DNA of 62,891 nt, counting the filler, from Neolecta irregularis DAH-3 (Eukaryota), in assembly GCA_001929475.1 (NCBI GenBank). It is 8 parts of 8 records of this genome, joined end to end, with 100 filler letters (N's around TTAATTAATTAA, not from the genome) between each part and the next. Parts side by side here need not be neighbours in the genome. Positions count along the whole stretch, not along the records: positions 20,840 to 33,393 come from LXFE01000931.1; positions 33,494 to 36,398 come from LXFE01000934.1; positions 36,499 to 38,924 come from LXFE01000936.1; 5 more parts are not named here. One strand, written 5' to 3'. Under the pieces are notes generated by a model. The model had not been told where the DNA came from, did no database searches, and was given only the letters and a program-made list of their open reading frames with translations. Of the stretch, positions 26,157-39,023 are shown piece by piece. How positions within the stretch are numbered: position 1 is the first letter of the stretch; each line of letters begins with the position of its first letter. Both the position numbers and the translations under genes were made by a program.

Positions 26157-27013
26157 CTACTTCGCTATTTTCTGAAGAATCAAAATTGTTTCCGCGCAAT
26201 CGCGAATAAATCGGAGGGATTCAGAGGGATCTGAACTGGTTGGTATTTTTGAGCTTTCGGTTTCGAGAAACTGTGATATTGCATTGATGGTTTTTTCTAC
26301 TGAGGATGTTGCATTCAAAGACATACGGTCATGGCCTGGAAGGTTTGCAGGAGTCTGTTGAGGTGTTTCTAATACAGTTGGTGGGTTTAGTGGGGTATTG
26401 TTAGCGTCGTAGGTATTGTCGCAGAGTACACATAGTCTTTTCGATCGATCTTGAGGAAGTCGAAGTAACGGAACCTAGAGATTTTCAGATAGACATGAGA
26501 GAAGGAGCATCATACTGCAAAACATGACGTGTTCGGACAAATATCGCCGAGAAGAGCATATCCCAAAAGCATTTTCTCGCCAAGGGCTTCAGAAGCCCGA
26601 ATTAGTTGTTGTCTGCGAAAATCGTCTGCGTAATCAACTAAAGAGAAATCCTGACTCAACATACGATCAGTGTTACTCGCCGTTTGCGGGCCCGCTGCCA
26701 TTCCGTTGACCTGGCAATATTCTCCCGGAGAGTCCTTCTCGTCATCATCCATACTATTCTCCGACCGAGCGCGGTCATTCAACATTGGTATATCCACAAC
26801 TCCTGGTGGATTTTGGTTCTGAGCTTCACAATATGCACATCGATCTGGCCCTTCGTTGTTTGGAGGTCTCATATACGGAGAATAGCAGGTGGTACAGCTC
26901 TCTTGCAGCATGGTCCAACCTGGCGAGCTCAGTATTGAGGGATTTATTGATAGCTTACCCGCTAATAGAAGTGGACTGAGTATGGTTGAGCGATCCTGTG
27001 GCATCAGTTGCAT
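26157..27013 (-). CDS. SSSCA1/ZNRD2 (autoantigen p27)-like zinc-ribbon protein
   Basis: Two units GWTML.ESC..C..P and LGEKMLLGYALLGDICP...C...PL; C-terminal IRDCAE helix. Confidence 0.75.
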
Positions 27014-27066
27014 GAAATTGTTAAGGTGGCGTTATAGCGATTCCCCAACTTGATATTTCGACCTCC

Positions 27067-28250
27067 ATGAATCAATCTGGCATAACAGGAAATTCACCCA
27101 ACATTTCGCATCTTCCCCTAATGTCACAGCTTCTCCCAATCTATCGAGTGCATTCGCGGATTTCATTTCAAACAAAGGCATTAGGGCGCTCAAGATATCA
27201 ATTGTCAATGGTATGAGCTTTGGGACAACCCCATTTTAAAATCTCAGAGAATCTCGAACCGAACGGGACACTGTCTATGCAGTCAGATTTTCAAAAGGAC
27301 TTTGACCAGTTACAATCATTTACCACAGATACCGACCCTGCTTACATCTTGTACAAGATAAATGAATCAGATCTCCTATTTCTCCCCTATGTTCCTGCCT
27401 CAGCCAAGGTCCGAGTAATCGTGACATAAATGCTTATTGCAGGTTCGGGATAAAATGGTCTACGCATCTACCCGAAACACATTGTACAAAGAAATAGGAA
27501 CTGAGAAATTTGCGGTCACCATCTTTGCGACATCGAAAAACGACCTGACCTATCAAACTTATGACAGCCATATGAAAAGCGAAGCCGGCGAGAAACCTGA
27601 GAGCGAGAAAGAAAAGGCTTTAAGATTTGTCAGGGAAGCAGAAACGGAAGCTCACGGAACTGCTACGAGAAGACAAATTAGTAGTGGAATTTCGTTTCCT
27701 ATGAGTGACGAGGCCCAATCGGCGCTTGAAAATCTCAAAACAACCAACGAACAAACGTTCTTGGAACTTGTATGCATTGAATTTGTAGAAGGGCTAAACA
27801 ACAGCGTATTAACACCGAAACTGAGATGATAGAGCTTGGACAGCAGGCCTCGATTCCACCTTCTCAGGTTGCAACTGCTCTACCTGCAGAATCACCTCGA
27901 TTCTCTCTGTTCAAGTCCGATTCTTTGGTCTGTACGTGACATTTGTACATCTTATTTGACACTAGCGTTTATCTATACGTGTCCAGGTACATCAAAAGTC
28001 AAGGAAAGAATGTTGTATTCGTCTTCTCGGGGAGTTCTCCTGAACTACCTTACAACACAGCTTGGTTTGCAAATCGATCGCAAGGTACTTGACAATCCTC
28101 TATCAAAATTCTTATTCTAATGGACAGATTGAAACTAGTGATTGCGTAGACGTTACCGAAGAACTTGTGCAACAGCCAATCCTCCACGAAGTGAAGCAAA
28201 CCCCCGGATTCGCCCGTCCGAAACCTCCTGCATACCGACGAATACCATGA
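27067..28250 (+). CDS. TWF1: Twinfilin (two ADF-H domains)
   Basis: QSGI, YVP..AKVR.KMVYASTR.TL, FIYTCP..SKVKERMLYSS, C-terminal FARPKPP. Confidence 0.93.
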
Positions 28251-29063
28251 AAAGTATATACGCGTGGCCCTATCTCCCCGCCAATGGCCCGGGTGTATAT
28301 AATCCGGCGCTTATTGCCACATAGGAATCTCCTCTTGTGTACCCCGTCTGACTTTCCCTCATTTCCCTTAATGTCGTCTGTGACTTTTGTATTCTGCGTC
28401 ATCTCTTCCACCTACCGGCTACCCTATGCTTCCTCAACAGATTGGAAGGATCGGTAGAAACCAAAGTTATGCTGTAAATGCTGTGGAACTGGACTTCACA
28501 AGTCAAAATGACGGTCAACGGAGTAAATCTAAGACGCCGGCTGTATATTGTACATCAAATATTTTAAAACATTGCATGCAGAGTCCGAATGACAGATAAC
28601 TTGTTGGATTTTCTCCATCTTTCAAATTTGCAGTTCTAGCACGATGTGATATCAGGATATATAGATATTTTGACGTGTGCCATACTAGAGGGATTATCAT
28701 GTCTATTCGCATTGTTTAGGGCATAGTAGTGGCAATGGTATCAACTATCAAACCAGCAAGGAAATATAATGTGAACTATCAATTTGGATGAGATCGCCAT
28801 GAATACACTGCTCCTTACAGCTCACGATTCCATAACTTTGAGGAACCGAAATTAACAATCCTCAACGCTGAGTCTTTAGGGTTGTTGTGTAACCTCTGAT
28901 AGTTAAGCAATAAAATTGGTGTGATTTGATGATTTAGGTGTTTAATAAAAGGGTACAGGATAAAGACGTAGAAGTACATAGTCATCGTTAGCTCTCAACC
29001 GTTGCGGTAGATGCTGCAGGTTACGAATCACCATTTGATTCCACATACATTTTCTCCAAATCT

Positions 29064-31131
29064 TCACATCCCCGCATTAGGCGGTCTGTAGACGGGATGA
29101 AGAGGCGGGTGAGATGATCGTGGTCTTGGGACTACCATTCGCCCAGGTACTTGACGAGATGCAAGTTGGCGCAAACCTGTTTGATGACGGGGCAAGTTCA
29201 GATGTTGATAAGCTTGGATAGGAGGCAGTGGATTCGTATGATTAGAAGCATATGAATGATGTACATTGAGTGGAGGTAATTTCCAGAGAGCACGTCCTCT
29301 GTTAGGCCATTTACCTTTGCAATCCTTATCATTTCTAGAGGTTTGACGACTACCATTCAGGGCATAAATCTCTAGGCCTTTGTTCCTCAGAGTGTCCCGT
29401 TGCGATAAAACGGACGCATTAATTGGCCGAGCTAGAAGGAACCTTCGTGCAATGAACTCTTCAGCATCAACATGTCCTTTTGACTTACGTTGAACTGAGC
29501 TTGCCCTTTTGCAAATATCAAGAATACCAATTCCAGTTGTTCCGTTTAAAGACAGCATGTTGGAATAATTTCCCCAAATCGGATCTCCGAAAGGGCGAAT
29601 AGGATTTGCCAATGACTTTGATGCAAAGGAGTTTGTTTGTTGTGATTCGTCACATTGGAATTGAATCTCGGGAATATCTTGATCATTAGTAAACCGACAT
29701 GGTTGAAATATCTTGCCTCGGTGACCGGGCAACTCACTATGAGGTAAAGTAAGTGCGGGAATCCGGCTGCTCAAACGCACGAAGATTTTTGCTGTCATTA
29801 GTGCGTCGTATCCTGCCTCATGATCCCGCTGAAAGCAAGAATATTGCAAAAACTCCGGATGACACGCTAATGGTCAAAAACGACGGGTTGGTGAGATACT
29901 GAAGCTCAGTCCTTCACGATCCAAATCATTTGACCATGTCACAATGTCTTGGAGGGATGTTCCCTTTGAATTGTCACCAAGAACGTTCTCTTTGTGAGCC
30001 AAGAACTTTGTGTCTAATATTCTTCTAATGAGCAGATGAAATGAACTGTGGCTTACATAGGAAATGTTTCCAATATTGCTTTACAGAACTCTGCTAGCGT
30101 TGACGGTAGAGATCCTTTCATGAGACTGCAATATATGCGCATTATGTCCCCGAAAACATTGCTCATTCAATTAAACTGGAAAAAGAGGGCAATTTACTGT
30201 CCAACGAGAGGCTTTCTCGATTTGCTGAGATAGTCGAGTATAGTTCTGAGGCCTAAAATGAGCACAGATGGTCGTGGCTATTATGCCTTTTGCCTTGTCA
30301 ATTTTTCCCTCGAAGCCTCCTATCATCCTTAATTTCCTATCATTTTCAACAGCTTCATTGCCCTTGGATGTCACTTGAATGAAACCTTACAAGGTCACAT
30401 CTCAGCTAAGTGACTCGTACCAGGTCTCGTTTCAAAAGTAAACTCTGCATTTATCTCTAATTCCTGACAAAGAAGTCTTCGAAAGAAACCATTAGGTGTA
30501 TCTACGTTGACAAAAGGGAGCTTCCATTCAGAAGTATCGTGTTTCCATGTGTAAATTTCCTTGCTAAGACGATAAATGGCTTTAGTGGTGATGAGACATA
30601 CAATGCTTTGTGAAGGAACTCATACCCTTGGCGATCAGCTTGAATGATCTCCCTTTTTCTCAGGAAATCCTCCCGTAATTTTCCTTCTTCCTGTTCGTTC
30701 AGGTAGAAGACACCTTGCCTGAACAGCTTCGAGAAATCGAAATTGTGCTGCAAGAGAAATCTGATATTCTTAGGAAACAATCATGTATACTCATACTCAA
30801 TGGCAGCGGCTTCAAATTCAATCTTTCGGCAAAGGACATTCTCATTGAACTGAGAGAAGAGAGTTGGACTGATGAAAAAGTTGTATGGAGAAGCCTCGTA
30901 CTGCTGGAGCTCATGATTCCATCTTGTTGGACAAAGACCCATTTGAATGACAGCAAAGCACTCAGCTGCAGCTTTTGTTTCTGTATACCGCTGGTCAGGG
31001 GATTGTGGAATCTTTGATTTGGATATCCTCATTCCACTAAACTCACAATCAACTGCTATGAAATCGGCTTGATCAATTGAGTCAAGGATTAACTTTGTTG
31101 ACTCTGGGAGCTTATCGCGGGTAATTTCCAT
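29064..31131 (-). CDS. PARN/CAF1-family DEDDh 3'-5' ribonuclease, paralog A (with R3H-like insertion; 3' end uncertain)
   Basis: FIAVDCEFSG, VIQMGLC, YNFFISP, FDFSK, GHNVFGD, DTK, HEAGYDALMT. Confidence 0.88.
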
Positions 31132-31832
31132 AGCCGTTGGTTGAGTGAAAAGCAATTACAACAGGCACGGGAAATGGGTAACTGTGACGTTGTAGTATGA
31201 AATTATCAAATCTGTGGTCCTATCTTGGCTTCGTATGTGGGTTAAATTACCGGTGCTCTAATAAGGATTTGCTACAACGTTTTACTAAAGGAACTGACTA
31301 GAAAAGAGGGCTCCTTTTTATACCTGACATGTCTTGGCCCCATTCCCATTCCGGTTCTGTCGGCAATTGTGAGCGTTACAAACACAAACTGGCTACAACG
31401 TCGCATCATTCTTTGAATGCAATGGTTGCAATATCATATCGACAACCTGGTCGAACGAATGTCCAACAGGGGGTGTGATTGGAGCGAGTATAGGTGAGTG
31501 ATTGTATGTGCAAAACCCCGACTTTGAACTGCAGATGGAGATAGTTATAGTATACATGTCGTCAAGGACACATCTCAATATTTCATGTAATTGATTCTTA
31601 CCTTTCCAAGAATAATATGAAGTGTACCACACAAATATGTTACGTGAATCTTTATCCACAATACACTATACCTCCGGAATTGTGTCATACCTCTCTCATG
31701 GATTAAAGGGAGTGTTTGTACATGACGCTGGATATCAGCCTATTCAATAGTCACTCGTGGGGAAATATAGCGGATATAATAGCCACGAGGAAACGTATAA
31801 GATCACTGTCATGCCCACCTAATCTATAGTCG

Positions 31833-31988
31833 ATGAAATTTCTCGCTATCCTCGCCGGCTTCGCTTTGACGTTCTGTATTGCACCAAAACCTGGAGCTCC
31901 AGCTCCATCTCCATCTGCAGTTGATGCATCTGGACTCGACAGAGTCTTGCGATTTAAAAATATCGATGGAGGAATTTTGGAGCACTAA
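31833..31988 (+). CDS. Putative small secreted peptide (51 aa; may extend to ~32068)
   Basis: MKFLAILAGFALTFCIAPKPGAPAPSPSA... has a classical signal peptide; the frame stays open past the TAA. Confidence 0.4.
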   Translation: MKFLAILAGFALTFCIAPKPGAPAPSPSAVDASGLDRVLRFKNIDGGILEH

Positions 31989-32366
31989 TTGATGAAATTG
32001 CCTCAGCCTGATATCAGTCGGAAGATCGCGGAGACAAGACCAGGGTTTCTTCCACGTCTAGCTCGTTGAAACCCACAGGATTTCAACTTGTTGAATGACT
32101 ATCCTTGGGTTTCTACATTTCATGGATATCTTGAGTACCTACCACAAATAACATTTTTTTTAAAATCACCTGTATAATCTTGGTGAGGTATTCTATAGCT
32201 TGCTCTCGGATGCTCTGGATGTTTTCGGTCAAAGATCTTCGCTCGATAGGATCAAGACGGCTAAAGAAACGATGAATCCCCTAAAGACGCTAACCATTTC
32301 GTTTCCATACAGTATTTTATTTTTGGCTTGTTTCTTCGGTTTTTGCCCTGTCAACTCCCTTTCAAA

Positions 32367-33393
32367 ATGGAAGTCACCCGAGAAACCTTTCCTGAATTGC
32401 TCAAATCAATTCTCATATCTATCGAGGAAGCTGAGTTTGTCGCAATCGATTGTGAATATAGCGGTATTTGTATAGCGAGGTCAAGTTCCTTGCAAACCCC
32501 AGCAGAGAGATATTTGCAAACCAAGGAGGCTGCCGAACTGTTTACTGTAGTTCAGTTCGGTATTTGTCCAGTCAAATGGATCTCGGAAAAGAATGAATTT
32601 CAGTGCTCCCCTTACAATTTTAACATTTCGCCGACTCTGTTCGATCGAATCAAAGATCGTGGTCTTAATCGTCATTACTCAAATCAAGCTGGGTCCATTG
32701 AGTAACTTGGCACGATTGTTAACTTTTAATGAACTAGTTTCCTCCTCCAGCATGGATTCGACTTCAACAAGCAACTTACAGAAGGGTTGTACTATCTAAA
32801 TGAACAAGAGGAATCACTCCTCCTCAAATATGGAACGGCTCAAAAGACAGAACTGCAACACGATCTCAAGGCGGCACGAGGTATTTCTTCAACGCTCACC
32901 CAATCTAAAAGAAGGCATACGGATCGTTCTCGAACACATCAGCAAAACTAAAAAACCGATTATTGGCCAGTATTGTTCGTGTCAAGACTGTGCTAACTAA
33001 AAGCAATGTCTTTGGTGACATAACGAGAATCTATTGTAATCTTATGAAGGGAACTCTGCCGGATACTCTACCTGATTTTTGCCTCAGGATCACCAATGCA
33101 TTTCCGACGTAGGCTTTACATAGCGCTAAAATTGATTTCTAGGATCATTGACACAAAATACCTTGCTCGAAGAGAGGCGCGTTTAGGGATATCTGATGAT
33201 ACTTCTTTGTCCCGGCTTGCATCTTGGGTTGATGAGCATGGGGTATCTGGTCCTCGGCTTGGTATTGCAGAATTCCTTGAAACATATTCCGATACAGTAG
33301 CTATACGTGCAAGTTACCTTCGATACATAAATCAACAGAAAGACCATGAGGCTGGCTATGACGCTCTCAATACAGCAAAGGTCTTCATTGGAT
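32367..33393 (+). CDS. PARN/CAF1-family ribonuclease, paralog B (short form, truncated by gap)
   Basis: MEVTRETF, FVAIDCEYSG, VQFGIC, GHNVFGD, IDTKYL, HEAGYDA; intron positions are shared with paralog A. Confidence 0.88.
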
Positions 33394-33838
33394 NNNNNNN
33401 NNNNNNNNNNNNNNNNNNNNNNNNNNNNNNNNNNNNNTTAATTAATTAANNNNNNNNNNNNNNNNNNNNNNNNNNNNNNNNNNNNNNNNNNNNGACATCA
33501 AGGGCGCCAAAGCAAAAGACTCTACGAGCATAAGTAATATCCAATAAAAAGGGAGTACGTTAGAAACAACATGTCAGTTTATATGTGGGTTTAAACGTGG
33601 GAGGCTTGTGAAAGAATTGGATCTCCAGTCTTTTAAAGAAAATGTAATTAGTCTTGCCATATGTCAATGTTCCAAACCGCAAAGGAGATGTCAAACCATC
33701 TCCAAATATTTGACAAGGGTCTGAAACATTTTTTCAGCTGAGACCACTTTTGATTGTCTGTGGAACTGGCGAGGAGGGCATGGAGCAATATCAATTAGGT
33801 GTTTGATTAAGCACAGCACTGTCTTTGTTAGGTGAGAC

Positions 33839-34010
33839 TGTAACATTAGTTCTTACCAGCCACGTGATAGAGGTTGTCGGAGTGGCAAGTATATAAACGA
33901 GTGAGGTTACGTATATACAATTACTTGGGTTAGGCATGCCTCTGTAAGTGAAGTACAATTACTTTGGTTAGAATATACTGGGTCTTATTCGTACTTTGGC
34001 GATCCTTACA
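33839..34010 (+). mobile_element. Short solo-LTR-like element
   Basis: TGTAAC...CTTACA termini, TATATAAA box; 3' end AATATA..GGTCTTATT resembles 36600 and 60980. No TSD seen. Confidence 0.45.
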
Positions 34011-34269
34011 CAGGTCGTGGTATTTTCAATTAACGGTCATTGAAGGAGATTGTGTCAAACAGGTTCCTTCAAAGTGAGTTTTATATAGTTCCCTGTAGGG
34101 GCCTCGCTTGCCACGGTAGCAGTGCTGACTTGTCACCACAGGAGGTCCTTGCGGTGGGCAGTCAGCTCCCGACCTACCAAACCTTGTAACCTCCAGAATA
34201 CCATATCAGGTAACTATGATTTACCAGCTGCATAGCGAGATGCAAAACATCTAGACTATAGAGCAAATC

Positions 34270-34405
34270 ATGCAGTATCATCTTATATATATCATCTTAC
34301 ATTTGACATATATATCATCTTATATTTGACATATATATCATCTTTTATTTGACATATATATCATCTTACATATATGACATCTTATATATGACATCTTACA
34401 TATAG
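34270..34405. repeat. AT-rich ~20-22 bp minisatellite (TATCATCTTATATTTGACATA-like)
   Basis: Directly visible tandem units. Confidence 0.8.
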
Positions 34406-34435
34406 TGCAAATCATCAGCAATTATCTAGCGATTT

Positions 34436-36260
34436 TTAATCAATTGCACTAGTCTCCAAATTTTCTACTCGAAAGATACCATTAGCAAAGCCAGCAGCAA
34501 GCCAAGTCCCACATTCCTCATTTGGATTCCAAGAAACCTGTTGATCAGCATCAATAGCATGAAAGACATACTCGCCGCCCCATGATTTCTACTGGATAAA
34601 GGTGATGATTAGTATCCCTTGTTCCTGTTTTTTGTTCCTAAGAGTTGGAAAAAAACGGGAGAATAGTGGCTTTCCTCTACTTTGAAATTCTCCAAGAGGC
34701 GGTATAGGCTAGTTTTCCGATTATAGTCAAGCATTGCGATTCTTCGAATATGAGTTTTCTAAGATTAGTGGTTATGGCGGGGTATTTGATACGGTTTTAC
34801 TCTTTGCTAATTTTGACGCAATGTTCATGATGATTACGGTTCCATCAGTTGCAGTAGTCGCTATGTATGGATGGAGAGGACTTGTAGCCATGTCAGTGAT
34901 TGTTCCGTCTGTATTGTAAAGATGGGAATGTTCATGGAGTCGTAGTATGGAAGAAAACCGGATTAATGAGCCATCTGAACTGTGCAAGAGACACGGATAG
35001 TGGTGGCAGGTTGCAATTGCATAGTGCATGTCTATCGGTGAGCGGGGAGATATAAATGTGTACATCGGGAACGCGTGCTTGTGCGGATGGTGACACTGTT
35101 GAGATCGGTAATTTTGGTGTAGCAGTCGTACGAGTGTGTTATAACTAGGCCATTGAGTGATGTGACGATTTTGTCAATGTAGCTATCGTGGACTTTATGA
35201 ATTTGTGTTGGTATTTGATTCGGATGATGTTGATTTGGATGATTCGGGAAAATATTGTACTTTGCAATAAAACCTGGATCAATTCATTCGTCAAGATGAT
35301 ATACCATTTGCACAGCCAACACAAATCGACATTGAATCATACCAACAAAAGCACGTGATTGCAGTTTTCGAGAGGTTTATTGTGAGAGCAGGAGTTTGCA
35401 CGAGGACTAGAGTCAGTTAATTACAAAAGGAGAGATACCATATTTTTCCCAATTTTCTGGAATTTTCAGTAGGCGAAAGGAGCCGTCTTGAAAGATTCCT
35501 CCGAGGAGGTGTGGGTATATTGGAGAAAATTGGAGGTCGAGGACGTTTCCCCAGGAGTGGAGGAGGAATGATTTGATGGAGCATGAAATAGTTTTAGATT
35601 CGTCTCGTAATTGCCAGAGCTGAATGTGATTTTTGCAGGAGGATTGAGAGTATATGTTTGTTCCCGACAGGGGTGGTGCGCCAGCGATGGCCAGGGTTTG
35701 GGATGCCGGCAAGGTAGAAGGTGTGACTGACCATGAGAGACAGGAAATGTTGATGCCGGCGTTTGCAACAAAGGCTGATTTATGAGGGTACAGCGAGTCT
35801 GGTGAGTAGATGTATATAGAGTGCATACTTGAGTGGTGGACATGCAGGGGGGGCAAGTTTAGGGGTTGAGATGTGTGAAATATGATGGGGATGGATTGGT
35901 GGGGAAGTGCATAGAGCGATGCTGTTCCGAGGTTAGAATATTTTGGAGCGGGGAGTACTGGTGGTCTACGAGGAGGGATGTTTGTTGAGCGAGACTGGGG
36001 GTTGGGGAGATAATTTTGGGGGCGACGTTGGAGAAAGTAGCACGGGAGGGGCCAGCAGCTGAGGCAGCCCATTTGCGGTCGAGGAGAGAGTAGTGTGCCT
36101 GGATGGCCTCTGTGTTTCCAAACAAGGCCTCGAACAGATCATTTTTTGCTTTTGATCTGGGGGGTTTCTTGGGGCTATTAGCATTTTGCATTGGAGTGGA
36201 GTGGACATGCAACCTCCAAACCTTGCAGCAACTGCTGCTAGACCTGCCGCTGAAAACAAT
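34436..36260 (-). CDS. TFC6: TFIIIC WD40 subunit Tfc6/Sfc6-like (5' end unresolved near repeat and gap)
   Basis: NAG..ISCLSW, IQLW, H.WG.V.DLQF.P, LGGIFQDG; C-terminal WNPN...GTWLAAGFANG.FRVE. Confidence 0.75.
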
Positions 36261-36266
36261 ATCGCC

Positions 36267-36398
36267 GAAAACCACGCTGGCCTTGCTGCAGAACTCGAAA
36301 ACCACGCTGGCCTTGCTGCAGAACTCGAAAACCACGCTGGCCTTGCTGCAGGAACCCTAAACCACGCTGGCCTTGCTGCAGGAACCCCAAACCACGCT
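36267..36398. repeat. 30-bp tandem repeat (AAACCACGCTGGCCTTGCTGCAGAACTCGA), at least 4 copies, cut by gap
   Basis: Directly visible. Confidence 0.9.
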
Positions 36399-36498
36399 NN
36401 NNNNNNNNNNNNNNNNNNNNNNNNNNNNNNNNNNNNNNNNNNTTAATTAATTAANNNNNNNNNNNNNNNNNNNNNNNNNNNNNNNNNNNNNNNNNNNN

Positions 36499-36643
36499 CA
36501 GGCGTTGGTGGAATAAGTAGCGGAGTTTATAGTTATACCTAGCCTGAGTTACAACACTTAGGCTGGGTATGACCTGTACGGAATTACAACACTTGGGCTA
36601 GAAATATATCCTGGTCTTATTTGTAAGTTTGGCCATCAAGGAC
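36499..36643 (+). mobile_element. LTR 3' fragment
   Basis: Internal TTACAACACTT repeat; AATATATCCTGGTCTTATTTGTA resembles 60978-61000. Confidence 0.45.
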
Positions 36644-36857
36644 ACTCTTTGAATGGTAATATGATAATGTAAAGCTCAACAGGTAAGGTAAACAAATGGC
36701 ACAAAAGCGCCATCGGCAAGATCATCTCTAGTTTGCAAACGCGGTATCAACAAATATAATCTTTATTATCAATCTGGACACCCACTACAAAATCTGCAGC
36801 AATAAATATAATCTCTGTACTCCATCCCGACATACACGGCGATTCAGAGCTAAACAA

Positions 36858-37337
36858 TTACGGTAGCTCGCTATCGTATACGAGTCTTATCTTGACAGAG
36901 GAACAATCAGGACGATCCGAGACTGTGAAAATGACAGTACCGAAACATGACTGGAAATCGGTCTGAGTATTGACTGATAGGTAAAACCCGCTATGCGTTA
37001 TGAAAATGGTCTTGAAGTCTGCAGGAATCATGTGCAAGTCTGTCTGTTTGGGATTGGCAAACAACAGGTAAGCGTTCGTATCAGTTTCCCTATCGACATG
37101 CGCCCACATCTTATTACTGTATTGGCCTTGATTGAACTTCACAAGTCCATTACCCTCAAAGTAAAATATGTCATTAGTAGGACCTTGCTCCACTAACCAG
37201 TATGCATCGCGATAGTTTGTGTTTTTCATAAGACTAAGCCTTGATGATGAGCCATCTGAGTGTCCAGACCAAAATTGGTATAATTTATGGGCTGATTCGG
37301 CAAAGGGCAAGACAACAAGAAGAACGGAAAGCTTCAT
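36858..37337 (-). CDS. Small secreted orphan protein (159 aa)
   Basis: Intronless ORF, signal peptide MKLSVLLVVLPFAESA, two C-terminal Cys. Confidence 0.7.
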   Translation of the reverse strand: MKLSVLLVVLPFAESAHKLYQFWSGHSDGSSSRLSLMKNTNYRDAYWLVEQGPTNDIFYFEGNGLVKFNQGQYSNKMWAHVDRETDTNAYLLFANPKQTDLHMIPADFKTIFITHSGFYLSVNTQTDFQSCFGTVIFTVSDRPDCSSVKIRLVYDSELP

Positions 37338-37554
37338 TGGTGACGAGAAAGATGTTGGCCAAAGACGTCTTATACAGATGACTACCCAAATAGCCTTATG
37401 TAATAGCCCTCAGGTCCGGCATTGTTCCATCGGCAGAAATCTCCTTGGTCGTCTAATGAAAACAGGGACAAATATGATTTTCATCAATAAGGAAGATCGG
37501 TGCCGCCACTTGTAGCATGAGACACATTGGTCACAGAGGAAAGGAGAGTCTCCT

Positions 37555-37690
37555 TTCCATCAATCCATCGGATTGTCAATCCGGGATTGATTATTGATTG
37601 CATAATTATTGATTACATAATCAATCAATCCAAAAATTTTCGTCAATCAATCAATCCAGCCCTCCTGGATTGATTGGAGATTGATTATTT
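37555..37690. repeat. TCAATC/GATTGA direct and inverted motif array (transposon subterminal-like)
   Basis: Many copies in both orientations. Confidence 0.55.
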
Positions 37691-37825
37691 TACTCCTTTT
37701 TTAATATATCTACATCAAGCAAAACGGAAGTTAGACATGTAGATGAGATTTCAAGATCATTAGGGCAGAGATGGGCAGGGCAGGAATAGTATAAATTGCT
37801 ATAGTATGTATATAATTCTTGATAT

Positions 37826-38923
37826 CTATCTAAATATTAGCAAGGGAACTGACAGGCGGGTGGGCAGGTGGGCAAGATGGGTGGGTGAGACAGGAGAATG
37901 AGGCGGGCGCACAGGGTGGGAGAGGTGCACAAGGTAGGCAGGATGGGCGCGTGAGTTGGGAGGGGCGAGATGGGTGGGAGAGGCGAGATGGGTGGGAGAG
38001 GCGAGAGAGGCGTGTGAGAGGGCAAGGCGCGTGAGGCAGGCGAGGCGGGCGGGACAGGCGGGACGGGAAGGTGAGGCGCGCGGGATGGGCAGGAGAGACA
38101 GGCGAGACGGGAGAGACGGCCAGGAAGGGAGGGAGAGACAGGCGCTAGGCGAGGGAGAGACGGGCGGGAGGGGAGGGTGAGGCGGGCGGGAGAGAGTGAA
38201 TCCATAATCTTCGATCGCCAAAATGTGAGATTAGCCCTTGAAAAGACAGCTTAAGTTGATTAAGTAGGGCAGTAGCATATTCTCGTGTATCAATCTCAAT
38301 ATATTCATTTGGCGATTGCTCATTTGGTATTCATGTGATTTCATCCGCCTGGAGTTCCACGGATTCATTCCAGAGCTCACCCCAAGCTCGATTACCAACC
38401 GCAGGAATAGACCCGGCGCCAATCGCATCGAGCTACACCATTGGAAAGTGACAAAAGAGAAGAATTACCATGTACTCAGCCAATGTTGGGGACGGGCCAA
38501 AGCGCTCTTCTGGCGGGTGCAGCGGCGATAACGGGTGAAGAGGGCAGGACAGGGCTAGGAGGGCGGGCGGTAACGGGCGAGAGGGCGGGGAGATAAAGGA
38601 CTAGGAGGGGGAGGGAGGGCAGTAACTGGTGAGGTGGGCGAGGCCATAGTAGGCGAGGAGGGCAGGTGATAACGTGTGAGAGGGCGGGGCGATAACGGGC
38701 GAGGATGGAAGGCGATGACGGGTGAGGAGGGCGGGCAGTAACAGGTGAGAGCGCAGAGACGATAACGGACCAGGAGGGGGAGCAATAATGGGCGGGGTGA
38801 TAGCAGGCAAGGAGGGCAGATGATAACAGGCGATAACAGGCGAGTGTAAAAACTTTTAAAGCAAGTCCAGACAAGCAAGTCCAAGTTTGCAAGTAAAATA
38901 GCAAGTAAGTCCAAGCAAGCAAG
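37826..38923. repeat. Composite repeat region: purine-rich tract, GCGATAACGGGCGAG units, CAAGCAAGT array
   Basis: Homologous to 690-1130. Confidence 0.7.
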
Positions 38924-39023
38924 TNNNNNNNNNNNNNNNNNNNNNNNNNNNNNNNNNNNNNNNNNNNNTTAATTAATTAANNNNNNNNNNNNNNNNNNNN
39001 NNNNNNNNNNNNNNNNNNNNNNN

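Noticed and set aside
36267..36398. 30-bp direct repeats superficially like a CRISPR array
   Set aside because: Head-to-tail with no unique spacers, in a eukaryotic context; this is a minisatellite.
37826..38922. Multiple overlapping Pro/Arg/Leu-rich ORFs (also 839-1256)
   Set aside because: By-products of stop-poor purine-rich repeats.
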